From contig NC_069003.1 of NCBI RefSeq assembly GCF_001194135.2, positions 8,530,240-8,594,239 on the forward strand: a DNA stretch of 64,000 nucleotides. The letters run 5' to 3'. A program made the translations under genes and the position numbers. The notes beneath the pieces are model-generated. The model ran no database searches. It saw nothing but the letters and a program-made list of their open reading frames with translations, and was not told the DNA's origin. How positions within the stretch are numbered: the first letter of the stretch is position 1; each line of letters begins with the position of its first letter. This DNA is from Octopus bimaculoides (taxonomy: Eukaryota). Of this stretch, positions 51,829-64,000 are shown one piece after another.

Positions 51829-54800
51829 GTGTGTGTATGTGTGTGTGTGTGCGTGTGTATGCGTGTGTGCGTGTTTTGGTTGGTGTATCTGACGGTGAAT
51901 TGGCACGAAAAATAAAAGACAAACACAAACTTGTTATCTCTCCAAACATGCTTGGGGTCTATTCGAACCCGTAAGAAAGCCTTTCACTGAGTTGTGAAGA
52001 AAATTTCTCGCTGTTGATCACGTGGTGTAAATACATCGAATCAGCTCGTTTCGCCACCTGATTACACTATGGGATGCTTGCATTTCGGAGTAGTTATTCA
52101 CTCTTCAGCAACAAAATTTAGACAAGGCGACGCTGCGAGCTGATGCGCTGACCACATCTCTCTTATGATATTTCTGCCCTCATTCAATGACTGGTATCGT
52201 TACGCAATGGCTCATCGTAAATACGGACTTTAGCAACACCGAATTTAAAATTCAATTTCCTATCGTTGCTTCGAACTTATTGTATTTGATGGTATATTTG
52301 ACAGACTTTTCTTTCCGTAAGACTATCTCAAAGAAGCAAACCCGCTCTGGGTCCTATAAGCGGAATTTCTCTTCTCATAAGCGAGTTATATCCCAAAATC
52401 TCAACACTATAGGCTAACTTTAAAAAACCTAGAGACAGTCTTCTTTTAACAACATACAGTAATGATTTCTGCTATGACTGAGGCATTTTTGTAATGTTTT
52501 GTAATATCCTGTTAGATAGCTTTAAATATTTCATGCTTTAATGCAAAAAAGATCTCTTTTTATTCTTATTGAATATGCACATCTGAAATTAGGGTGTGTC
52601 AAACATGGCCCGTGGATCTTTCATGCTTTCACGTGCAGTATCTCTCCTTCAGGGATTGTACTTACAACTATGCTCATGATCTATCGTATACAATATTTCT
52701 CTTTCTTTCTCTCTCTGTCTCTCTTTTCCATTTGCACATGCACAAACATATACGCATACACTAGATCGCTATTCCAAACAGTTACATTAACATACATGCA
52801 CACACACGCGCATACTCTCTATCACACACACACATACACACACACACTCATACCTATATATTGAATATGGAAATTCGTTATGGCGAAATGTCGACGTTTT
52901 CAACAATAAAATGAAACTATACAGGGATTTTGAAGCATATAATATCTTTAAGTAAATAACGTAGGCATGCGATTAATCAATAGGAAACATTAGAATTGAC
53001 GTATGATATAATATATATACATGCATACGCACACACATATGTATATATATATGAATTTATGAATGATAATTACAATACACAATAAGGTCGAATCTCAGTG
53101 TCCCTGATGGCATGTTATCAATAAAGTTTATTGTTCCTATGAAGATATCAACAGATTTCTGGTTTAAAGTGACAACATATTACTGCGTGTGATATACAAA
53201 ACTTAATGAATCATGCGAGAATATGTTTATGAAAGTCCAACCTCTCAGCTGATCTCACAGAGTTCACCCAAAGGAATTTGCGCTTGGTTTTCTTATCTGA
53301 GTGACATTTCTGTCAAACATGCTTTACAGCGCTTCTAAAGATGCGAATTATTCCATTTACAGTTCAATGGTTAACGATTTTATTGTAAAGAATCGTCAGA
53401 GAAATATTATCGGGAATGTTTAGCACTACAAAATGGTGGGTAAGTTCTATAGCTCGAAACAATATTGGTTGTTCGGAACATGAATTAAGATTTTCAGCAT
53501 GGTAAATTAGCTTGGCAAAGTAGATAACCCTCTTCAAACTATCATAGGATTTCACTTTCGGTGCTGCAGGAAATCAATCCGTTGTCAACATGTGTTAACA
53601 ATGACGTGTTTTGCTTACAGCGATAATCTCAGCTTACACTGCAGCACTAATAAGAGCAGAGCTCTGGTAAAAGACATTTTTTAAAGCAGAATCTACTCAT
53701 GTGTCACTTTTAATGTCTACGTTTTTTTTACATATTCAGAGTAAAGTCTAAGTTTATACACTATAGTTGTTTCGAAAGATATATTTTGTAAGAATTGAAA
53801 ATTGGATAAAGGAAAGACTGAACATAATGTCCTCGTAACGACGCAAGTAAATTTCGGAATATTGGTACGGACTTAAGATGTATTTATACATCGCGACAAA
53901 ACACACACACACACGTGGTAGCAGTGCATGCAAGAAATAGCAGTTAAATCTTTCCTTTTCTGGGGAAAGGAGCCGTTTACGCGTGATTTCGATGTCACAT
54001 ACGTTGAAAGCATGCGAAATAACGTGGAAAAGAAAAATGACCCCACGAAACAAAATTCCGTTACTGGGAAAATCAGACTTTCCAAGTGACCCGACGAGTC
54101 ACGGGTAGACTAGTATCCATGTGTTTAAATACTGACATACCGTCGGTTACGACGACGAGTGTTCCAATTGATTTGATGAACAGAACAGCCTGCTAGTGAA
54201 ATTAACGTAGAAGTGGCTGAGCACTCCACATACACACATACCCTTAGTGTGGTTCCCAGGAAGATCAAGCGTGGTACGGAATGGGACAAGGCTGGCCCTT
54301 TGAATTCCAGATACAATTCATTTTTCGCAGCTGATATATATCTAAATATTTTAGCGATATCCACATTAATTAAAGGCAAAAATCTTAGTTGCTTTTTATC
54401 CCCAAGTGTGTGTGTGTGTGTGTGTGTGTGTATCTGTGTCTATGTGTGTGTGTGAGAGAGAGGGGGGAGAAAGATGTGTGCCACTTACACATATATGAGA
54501 ACACACACGTTCACTCACACTTTTTATCCCCAAGTACATACAAGAGAGATATGTAATCAAGTACATTCCAGTCTTGGCCATCCTGTCTGAATTTTGATGA
54601 CTAAATTATCCATTGTAACGTTCGGTATATTTTTGTGGGATGACTGAGTTGCGTTTATAATACGATATGGTGGGATTTATAACATATTAACTTGTTGCTA
54701 CGACTTGCAGATTAAACCGACCTCTCACAGTTTCAAACGGATGGTCACGGTTGGATTGAGGTCGTTTCTCCTGTCCATGATTCACTGTTTTTGGTTGAAA

Positions 54801-54940
54801 AGATCTGGCAATTACTGACCATGTGTAGCAGATATGATGTGCGCTCGTCCATTTTTATAGGTATTTGAACCACATTAAGAAATAAACATTATAAAAAGAC
54901 CACTGCTAATCAAAGAACAACGTGGAAATATCATTCTATT

Positions 54941-55323
54941 GTTGTTGCCACTCCGTCGCTTACGACGTCGAGGGTTCCAGTCGATCCGATTAATGGAACA
55001 GCCTGCTCATGAAATTAACGTGCAAGTGGCTGAGCACTCCACAGACACGTGTACCCTTAACGTAGTTCTCGGGGATATTCAGCGTGACACAGTGTGACAA
55101 GGCTGACCTTTTGAATTACAGGCACAACAGAAACAGGAAGTAAGAGAGGAAGTTATGGTGGAAGAGTACAACAGGGTTCGCCACCATCCCCAGCCGGAGC
55201 CAGCCTCGCGGAGCTTTAGGTGTTTTCGCTCAATAAACACTCACAACACCCTGTCTGGGAATCGAAACCGCGATCCTATGACCGCGAGTCCGCTGCCCTA
55301 ACCACTAGGCCATTGCGCCTCCA
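54941..55323 (-). mobile_element. SINE-C, full length (a second 3' fragment lies at about 54135-54310)
   Basis: Complete head to a (TTG/AAC)-type tail. Confidence 0.95.
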
Positions 55324-55967
55324 CACATTAAAAAATAAACATTATAAAAAGACCATTGCTAATCAAAGATCAACGTTGAGATATCATTCTATAATAACAT
55401 TTCTTTGGTGCCAATATATCTCAGTGGCTGGTTATATAGTTAAGCAAAAGATAAGGTGTAATACATACGTACATGTCTAAAATAGCTTTCAACGGAAATA
55501 TCTTCTGCTTTTTTACACGATCCCTTAGGGGAGGTCTATATGCAATTTAAAACGGCACACTTTGCACTGGAACAAATCATTTCGATAGTTTATGGTGTTT
55601 GTATATTTTGGAGTAAAATACATTAGAAAATTTATGGGGGATCCTCTGAGTTGTAGTTTTATTTTTATGCTGATGTACGCCTTTTTCTTAATATTAAACT
55701 TTATGATGGGGAATCTTTGTACTTCGATTTATATAACGCAGAGAACGATGTTACATTTTTGTCCCTTCATAGTCGATATAAATTTATCTGAAGTCTCATT
55801 AAAAGAAACCTGCTGTTATTACAAACATACACTCAAACTCGACTCACTTCTCTCTCTCTCTCACTCACACTCACACGCACACACATATATACACATGCAC
55901 ATTTAAAAAACAATCACCACATACTCATGTGTGTGTGAGTGTGTGTGTATGTAAGTATATAAATGCA

Positions 55968-56007
<40 letters not shown>

Positions 56008-56164
56008 TGTACATATATATATTTATAGATATAAGTAAATATATGTATGAATATATATATATAAACACATATGTATGAATATATATACATATATATATAA
56101 ACATATGTATATACACCCATACACCCCCCACACAGAAATAGAGAGGAGTAAGGATACATATATG

Positions 56165-56196
<32 letters not shown>

Positions 56197-56689
56197 GGCG
56201 GTGCCCCAGCATGGCCACAGCTCATGAGCTGAAACTAAATAAAATAATATATATATATGTTTCTAGGTATATACAACATATACATGGATTGTATGGTTTT
56301 ACACACACACACAGACGTATATACACATATACATACATATATATATAGATATATATGTGTATGTGCGTGTGTTCAATGTACATATATGTATGTGAATACA
56401 TATGCATACTAACATTTAAATGGGAATAAGAGGGAAAAAAATAGGTTTCTCTGGACTTAAAGTAGCGATACATAGTTTAATGTGTGGTGAAACTTCGAAA
56501 AATCATTTTTTAATATATCCGATCTGCCGGAACGTCCGAATATCGGATACAGGGAGCCCAACGTTATGCTTAGTTAAATTCCAGCTTCTAATAAAGATAT
56601 ATACGTGAATACATTCTAAAACGATACCTTTGTCATATATATATATATATATATATATATGGATGTGTGTGTCTGCGCGCGCGCGTGTA

Positions 56690-56739
<50 letters not shown>

Positions 56740-56853
56740 TATAAATTTGTGCACAAACATATATGCATATATATATATACATACACACACACACATATCT
56801 ATATATATATCTATATATATATCTATATATATATCTATATATANNNNNNNNNN

Positions 56854-56894
<41 letters not shown>

Positions 56895-57055
56895 TGCATA
56901 TAGGCGTATATTTGTATAAGCATATACACAAATACACAAACATACACAAACATACAAACAAATATACACATATAGACATGTCTATCTGCTTTCTTCAGAT
57001 TATATATTCACATGCGTATAGAGGTACATACATACTCGTAATCATGTTCGTACAT

Positions 57056-57268
57056 TACATGCTTATACATACATGCACAGACGCACACACACACACACAC
57101 ATATATAAATGTGTCTGTAAAGTGTGTATATATATAAATGTATATATATATATATATCGATCTATCGCTGTATACACACATGTATATATATATATATGTA
57201 TATATATACACACATTTACAGACACATTTATATATATGTGTGTCTGTGCATGTATGTATAAGCATGTA
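57056..57268. repeat. 213-bp imperfect foldback (inverted repeat)
   Basis: 27-bp perfect outer stem (57056-57082 / 57242-57268) and 21-bp perfect inner stem (57101-57121 / 57215-57235). Confidence 0.88.
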
Positions 57269-58545
57269 TAAGCATTGATTCATATATATCTACGCACACA
57301 CGCTACGTACACAAGATTCAAATGTATGTATGCTCTTCAGCTACAAAATTGCCTTGGCGTCTAGTAAAAATAATAAACATAAAAAAAATTCCCCAGTTAA
57401 ATTTCCATACATAAAATGGAAAGTAAACAGCAAATGAAAATGTTAATGTTTAACAGTGATCAAGGCAAATTACTTCGTATTTATATGAATGAAGCAATAT
57501 CTAGAATGACTTAGCCGTGTAAAGAGAGCGCCTTATTGATTTGCATCACATTGTTTAATGTTCACGTCTTTTTCTGTTAATTTATTTCTTTAATTTGTTT
57601 ACTTTTCTTTCTGTTTCTATTCGGCGATATTTTATTTGAAGCCGAGAACTGTACGAAAGGTGGATTGTCCTACTGAATAAATCACTTTTAAAGCTGCTAA
57701 CATAAACAGCATTTATATCAACCGAACCAGAAATAGTTTCCTGCCTTGGTAATTTTTGCATATTACGCAACAGCATTTTTACTAATGGATTTGTGCAAGC
57801 TGATATCGTAAGCATTAGGTTTAAGCCGCAATGTGAGCTGCCAAGAGGTTTGTAAATACATGGTGAGTGCTGATGATCGAACAACCCAAGTGAAACAGTT
57901 TCAATTCCTAGTCAAGGCACCGTCACTTCGATTCAATGATGAATTCCAATGAGCAATATAACTTTCCTATATATNNNNNNNNNNNNNNNNNNNNNNNNNN
58001 NNNNNNNNNNNNNNNNNNNNNNNNNNNNNNNNNNNNNNNNNNNNNNNNNNNNNNNNNNNNNNNNNNNNNNNNNNNNNNNNNNNNNNNNNNNNNNNNNNNN
58101 NNNNNNNNNNNNNNNNNNNNNNNNNNNNNNNNNNNNNNNNNNNNNNNNNNNNNNNNNNNNNNNNNNNNNNNNNNNNNNNNNNNNNNNNNNNNNNNNNNNN
58201 NNNNNNNNNNNNNNNNNNNNNNNNNNNNNNNNNNNNNNNNNNNNNNNNNNNNNNNNNNNNNNNNNNNNNAGTGAGAGAGAGAGAGAAAGAGAGGGGGGAG
58301 TCAGTCCTCTCTCGCAGTTTACGAGCGCGCATTTTTTTCATATTCGTTTACTACATGTTGTTTTATACCTATTACGCTATTTTTCTCTTTTTTTTGCTCG
58401 GGTCAAACCCTTTATTTCGACCAAATAAATTATGTTAATAGTTATCCAAGTTCATTCCCACTGCATTGTGTTAAATACTCATGCAGAGAAAAATCAAAAT
58501 GCCCATTGATAAACTTCTGTTTGACTACAAACCTTGTATATAAAA

Positions 58546-58632
58546 GATGCCCAAGATGCCACGCAGTAGGAATGAACCCGGAACCATGTGGTTGGTAGGC
58601 AAGCTACTTACCACACAGCCACTCCTGCGCCT
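58546..58632 (-). mobile_element. SINE-A head only
   Basis: Reverse complement starts aggcgcaggagtggctgtgtggtaag and stops in the CORE-like segment. Confidence 0.9.
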
Positions 58633-59756
58633 AACTGTTAACGTAATTGACTTTATTAGCTTTAACCTCTCCATTCTTATAAACACCAAGTAGTTATTTA
58701 ACTCACTCTGTGATTGTCAGAGCACAAAACCACACGTGTGTATGCTTACGTTTTTCTGGATGTTTGTATGAGCGAGTGTACTCTCGCATAAGATTTGCAG
58801 AAGAAATATTACCGGTCACTGGAACCTTGTGTGGTGACCGAGAGAGTGGCAAAAGTGTTCTGCAAGCTTTTGTAATTTAAATCCTATGACATACTGCTGT
58901 TTCACTATAATATTGATCAGTTATGGTCTGACAAGATAAGGCAGTCATCATTTATGCATGTATTTTAATAGCAGAGGTGTCAGTTATATTTATTTCATAG
59001 CTTTCCTGTGCATTGCATTGAAAAGTTTTTTAGTAACATCATATCGTGGAAGGAGACAGAACCCTGATAACAGATTTGGGTAGCCGTTAATCCTTCACAT
59101 GATTGACATTGGTGAGTGCATCTTGGGAATATAAGGGTTTCGCTACCCTCTTTGTTCATTAAATATTTCGTAGCTATTCCCGGATTTTTTGATTGTTTTG
59201 ATTGCTAGAGCGTTGCTTTCTGTATGTGACGAGGTATACAGGCCGCGAGTGTTCAAGAGTGGCTACACTTCATGGTAAAGATTTCAATTATCTCCATGTT
59301 TAGAGGTAACATATCAATGCTTAAACATTTCTTTTCGTGCGCAAGGCAGAATGTTTCCTTTCAGCTCGTCGCTGAGATATGCTAACCCTGCAACAGTGGA
59401 ATAGAGTGTTGGTTGAGAAGGTCACTACTAAGCCGAAGAATGTTTATAATTTTTGTTTTTGAAAACTACATATTACTCTCATGCGCACAATTGAGAACCA
59501 GCCAGGATTACGGTACGTTCGTATTCGTAGAGATAACGGCGAACAAACATTGCACTCTTGGTACCATTACCAAATGATCATGGAAAAATCTTCTAGAGCA
59601 GACAAGCCAATTACGAGTGATTTTAAGAAGGGTTTTACCGATACAAAAATATAACTACTACTACTACAGCCGCTGCCACCACCACCACCACCACTACTAG
59701 TACTACTACTACTACTACTACTGCTGCAGCCACCACCACTACTACTACTAATAATA

Positions 59757-60115
59757 ATCCTTTCTACTAAAGGCACAAGGCCTGGTATTTTGGGGGAGGG
59801 GACTAAGCTACCTCATCGACCTCAATTTTTCACTGGTACTTAATATATCTACGCCGAAGAGATGAAATGTAAAGTCGACCTCGGGAATAATAATAATAAT
59901 AATAATAATAATCCTTTCTGCTAAAGGCACAAGACCTGAAGTTTTGGAGGAGGACACTAGTCGAAAACATCGACCCTAGTATTCCACTGGTACTTATCGA
60001 CCCCGTAGGGATGAAAGGCTAAGTCGACACTTGGTGGCATTTGAACTCAGAATGTACGGTTAGAAGAAAAGCCGCTGAGTATTTTGTCCATTACGGTAAC
60101 GGTTCTACCAGCTCG
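59757..60115 (-). mobile_element. Two tandem SINE-B copies with ACT/ACC/AAT tails
   Basis: 'aatcctttct(a/g)ctaaaggcacaag' at about 59756 and 59911. Confidence 0.85.
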
Positions 60116-60369
60116 CTGTCTCTTTCTTTTTCTTTTCCATTTCTTTCTATCACATGACTTTAAAATAAACACACCAGGTTGTTTATTCACAATGGCCGAC
60201 CAATGTATACAGTGACTTTCTTTGCCCTTGGTATTGGGAAGACACTCGGCAAGAAATGGAAGCAAAATTAATCTAAAAAAATAAAAAAAATAAATGCTCA
60301 TAATAATATCAATAATAATAATTTATAAACTATGACCTAACTCTTCACGAACGTTCTTATTATTGCCTA

Positions 60370-60695
60370 ACATAAATAATAATAATAATAATAATAGTAA
60401 TAATAATAGTAATAATAATAATAATAATGAAAATAATAATAATAATAATAATAATATGGAAGATAATAATAATATAATAATAAGAATATTGAAAATAATA
60501 ATAATATGAAAATAATAATAATGAAAATAATAATAATAATAATAATAATATTGAAGATAATAATAATAATAATATAATAATAATAATAAGAATATTGAAA
60601 ATAATAATAATAATAATATAATAATAATAAGATTATTAATAATAATACTGATGATCATGATGATGGCGACGATGATGATGATGATGATGATGATA
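60370..60695. repeat. (AAT)n-derived tract grading into (GAT)n
   Basis: Directly visible. Confidence 0.95.
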
Positions 60696-61069
60696 GCACC
60701 GGCAAAGTGGCGAATGTCTTCGTTGGCAAACAGAAGCTGGAACACTTCTCAATGTAAAATAAATTATTTTGCCGTGAGGAAGGAGAGTTTAAAGATTGAA
60801 TATTTGATAAGATTTCAATAAATAGTTTATCTGTTAAAACCTTTAACACATTGAGGCTGGAGAATCGTTTCAGTTCGTATTTGGCTTACAGCTGTGTGTT
60901 AGAAATTACTTAACACAATCACATCGTATCAGAAGAGTTTCACAGACAATAGAGACCCTCGTTATTGTTGCTTTAGTTTTCGATGTTAGACGGTGTACAC
61001 AGATGGCGAAAAGATATTTATAAAGACCTAAAGAGATATTGTTATATTAATGAATATGTATTTAGACGT

Positions 61070-61282
61070 TCAGGTAGTTAGATAGATAAACGCTTAGATA
61101 GGTAGAGAGATGGATGAATAGGTAGATAGATGGCCAGACATACAGAAGTGAGAGGTTGATACATAGGTAGTCACACTGAGAGATAGAGAACATAGAGATA
61201 GACAGATGGCGAGATAGATAGATGGATAGACATACAGATAGACAGACGGATAGAGAGACAGACAGCTGGATAGGTAGGTTGG

Positions 61283-61314
<32 letters not shown>

Positions 61315-61315
61315 C
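61070..61315. repeat. Degenerate (GATA)n tract
   Basis: Directly visible. Confidence 0.9.
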
Positions 61316-61494
61316 GTTGCACCTCATTTTTTCATTCTTGCATATTATCATTTTATTTTAATTTTTCTTCTACTATCATCATTCGCTTTTGTAATTTTTA
61401 GTTCCCCGATTTTATGTTTGTTGCGTTTTGTACTGTCTTTGTTTTGTGATGTCCTATAAAAACTCTTCGTATAGCCTATTTAGGGGAATAAAGA

Positions 61495-61670
61495 AATCGG
61501 TATTTCGTCTGTCTTTACGTTCTGAGTTCAAACTCCGCCGAGGTCGACTTTGCTTTTCATCGTTTCGGAGTCGATAAATTACGTACCAGTCGCGGACTGG
61601 AGTCGATCTAATCAGCTGGCACCCTCCTCAAAAGTTCCTGTGCTTGTGCCTAGAGTAGAAAGGAATATTG
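61495..61670 (+). mobile_element. SINE-B, the only plus-strand copy seen
   Basis: 'cggtatttcgtctg...gttctgagttcaaactccgccgaggtcgactttgc...gtagaaagg'. Confidence 0.9.
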
Positions 61671-61844
61671 GCCTTTCTAATTTTGGTACACGGCAAGTGA
61701 TTTTAGGGGAATTCAATTGATCCCAGGGTTGAACTGATACTCGGTTTATGGAGCCCGGATGTCAAACTAGGTAGCATTTTAACTCGCAACGCAAATAGCT
61801 TGAAGGTTGACTCTGTCAGCTTGCCGTTTTACTATCACCTCTAG

Positions 61845-62265
61845 TATAGGCACAACGCCTGAAAATTTTGGGAATTTTGGGGCAGGCGGCCAGTCAATTT
61901 CATCAACACCAGTATTCAACTGGTACATATTTTATCAACCCCCTAAAGGATGGAAGGCAAAGTCAACGTCGGTGGCATTTGAACTCAGAACGTAAAGACG
62001 GACGAAATGCCGGTAAGCATTTTCCCGGCGTGCTAACAATTATCGTTTCTACTCTAGGCACAAGGCCAGGAAAATTTTTTGTGGAGAAGGAGGCTAGTCG
62101 AACACATGGAACCCGTTGCGTAACTGGTACTTATTTCATCGACTCCGAAAGGATGAAATGTCAAGTCGACCTCAGCGGAATTTGAACTCAGAACGTAGCG
62201 TCAGACGAAATACCGCTAAGCACTTTGCCCGGCGTGCTAACGATTCCGCCAAGCTCGCCGCATTC
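61845..62265 (-). mobile_element. Two tandem SINE-B copies
   Basis: The tail of copy 2 (tttctactctaggcacaagg) directly abuts the truncated head of copy 1 near 62045. Confidence 0.9.
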
Positions 62266-62313
62266 ACGTAAGAAGAAATTCTGTACAGTGATATCGTCTG
62301 CACCAAACGCACA

Positions 62314-62458
62314 TACTCTTTTACTTGTTTCAGTCATTTGATTGTGGTCATACTGGAGCACCGCCTTTAGTCGAGCAAATCGACCACAGGACTTATTCTA
62401 TCGGTCTCTTTCGCAGCATCGGTTGTCAAGGAATTCTAGAGGAAGAAACACAGACGCG

Positions 62459-62513
<55 letters not shown>

Positions 62514-62697
62514 ATATATATATATATATATATATATATACGAGGGGCTTGTTTCAGTTTCCATTTACCAAATCCACTCACGAGGTTTTGGTCGGCCTGA
62601 GGCTATAGCAGAAGACACTTGCCCAAGGTGCCACGCAGTGGGACTGAACCCGGAACCATGTGGTTCGTAAGCAAGCTACTTATCACACAGCCACTCC
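62314..62697 (-). mobile_element. SINE-A with internal deletion
   Basis: Matches the 49326 copy; about 45 bp of the 3' module is missing. Confidence 0.92.
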
Positions 62698-63244
62698 GAT
62701 GGTAATTGTTTAGGAAGTATTCGTTATTTTCTGTGTTTTAATTACACATCCCATTCTCACTTGATAAATTTTGAAAACATTCATGCCTTATCTCTAAATC
62801 ACAGAAGCTTCTCATGCTTTCGTGATGCAATTCATCATAACTTCCTTATCTATGTCGTCCTGTTGCAATTGGTAATTGAACGTTGAAGAGGACGCGAAAT
62901 TAACCCTTTCCTCGTCTGATACTCTTTGACAGTGCAGCATCAGTGGAATCTGCTGAATGACTAAATAAGCGAATTTATTTATTTATTTATTTAATTATTT
63001 ATTCATTCATTTATTATATTTTCCTTCTTGCAGTCATTGGACTGCAGCCATGCTGAGGCACTGCCGTCAAGAAGTTAGTCGAATCGACTACAGTCATTAT
63101 TTTTTCCATTCTGGTGCTTATTGTTTATTTTGTCGAACCACTAAGTTACAGGGAAGTAAACAAAACAACACCGATCGCCAAGCGTTAAGGGGACAAGCAC
63201 AGACACACACATACACAGTGTCATTCTACCATAACTCGACCTTG

Positions 63245-63605
63245 TTGGTCACGAATGATCATGGGTGCACCTAAGAGCTTCCCCTCCGGGGTACAAGTCT
63301 GGGTAGAAAGTTGCCTCACCGGCGAAAGCACAACCTAGGGTTGTTTTTATGGAAGACCAGCAATCACCCATGCTTAGCAGCCTCCCCTCTCCATGCCACC
63401 AGTGTTATCAAAGGAAAAGGCAAAGGGGCCAATACAGCTTCGCATCAGTGATGTTGCAACTCATTTCTACAGCTGAGTGAACTGGAGCAACGTGAAATAA
63501 AGTGTCTTGCTCAAGAACACAACGCGAAGCCGGGTCCGGGAATCGAACTCATCACATCTTCACGATTGTAATTAGATCGACGCTCTAACCACTGAGCCAT
63601 GCGCA
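63245..63605 (-). mobile_element. SINE-D head with a different long tail
   Basis: Reverse complement: gcgcatggctcagtggttagagcg...gagttcgattcccgg...cttgagcaagacactttatttcacgttgctccagttcactcagctgtagaaatgag, then a tail not shared with the other D copies. Confidence 0.88.
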
Positions 63606-64000
63606 TTCACTCAGGTGGCAAAAATGAGTTGTATCTGTAATTCATGTGACACCCCAATATGTCGCGTGCCAGAAACCCTTTCATCCTGAAAAACAACTCC
63701 ATTATAAAATTCCCATTAGGGACCCCTCTCCACTACCTTAACTCAAGCCAGTCAACCAACCAGCTAGCCATGTTGCCATATACCTACCCATCCCACCAGC
63801 CAGCGAACCAGCTCAACGAAACCTTTATGGCTTTACCAATACAAATATGTGATAACGACAATATAGACAAATACATTGCATGAATACTCTTCGTTAATCG
63901 AAGAGTCTTCAGTTCGTTATATCATTACATGTGAGGCTTTAACAGGAAATGAGATATCAGTGATAAGCTTGTTTCTGTATATGAAACTATACCGCGTGAG

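Noticed and set aside
52075-52115. Hammerhead-like 'ctgaagagt...actccgaaa' on minus
   Set aside because: No U16.1/H17 arrangement and no stem I pairing.
59040-59110. Exon-like cassettes with a GTGAGT donor (and 59366-59425)
   Set aside because: Stops in all three frames and no other support.
59567-59776. Poly-S/G ORF
   Set aside because: It is the mutated trinucleotide tail of a SINE-B.
63886-63912. CUGAAGA next to an 8-bp hairpin on minus
   Set aside because: No GAAA after the stem, so not a hammerhead; an isolated hairpin.

Overview
AT-rich, gap-ridden (about 18 N-gaps) eukaryotic draft-genome window dominated by simple repeats, tRNA-derived SINEs and decayed transposons. The SINE repertoire and microsatellite density look like an octopod cephalopod (inference from memory of Octopus repeats, not a database result). 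No intact protein-coding gene, rRNA, true tRNA or CRISPR array can be supported; almost all long ORFs in the track come from microsatellites or N-runs. Supportable content: four modular SINE groups (my labels A-D); a Penelope-like element fragment (RT thumb, Cys linker, GIY-YIG) with an inverted 5' segment; four minimal type-I hammerhead-ribozyme-like motifs; three restriction-like-endonuclease (R4/Dong-type) LINE relics; an RTE LINE 3' end; a Gypsy integrase tail with PPT and 3' LTR; a Merlin-like internally deleted transposon; a 664-bp non-autonomous Helitron whose ends are confirmed by an adjacent empty-site paralogue; a 25-bp minisatellite; a CACAGGAAAA tandem array; and a 213-bp foldback. 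A few unique ORF islands remain unexplained, the best at 32112-32448 (-), possibly a ubiquitin-like fold. Most repeat boundaries are approximate and were judged by eye.
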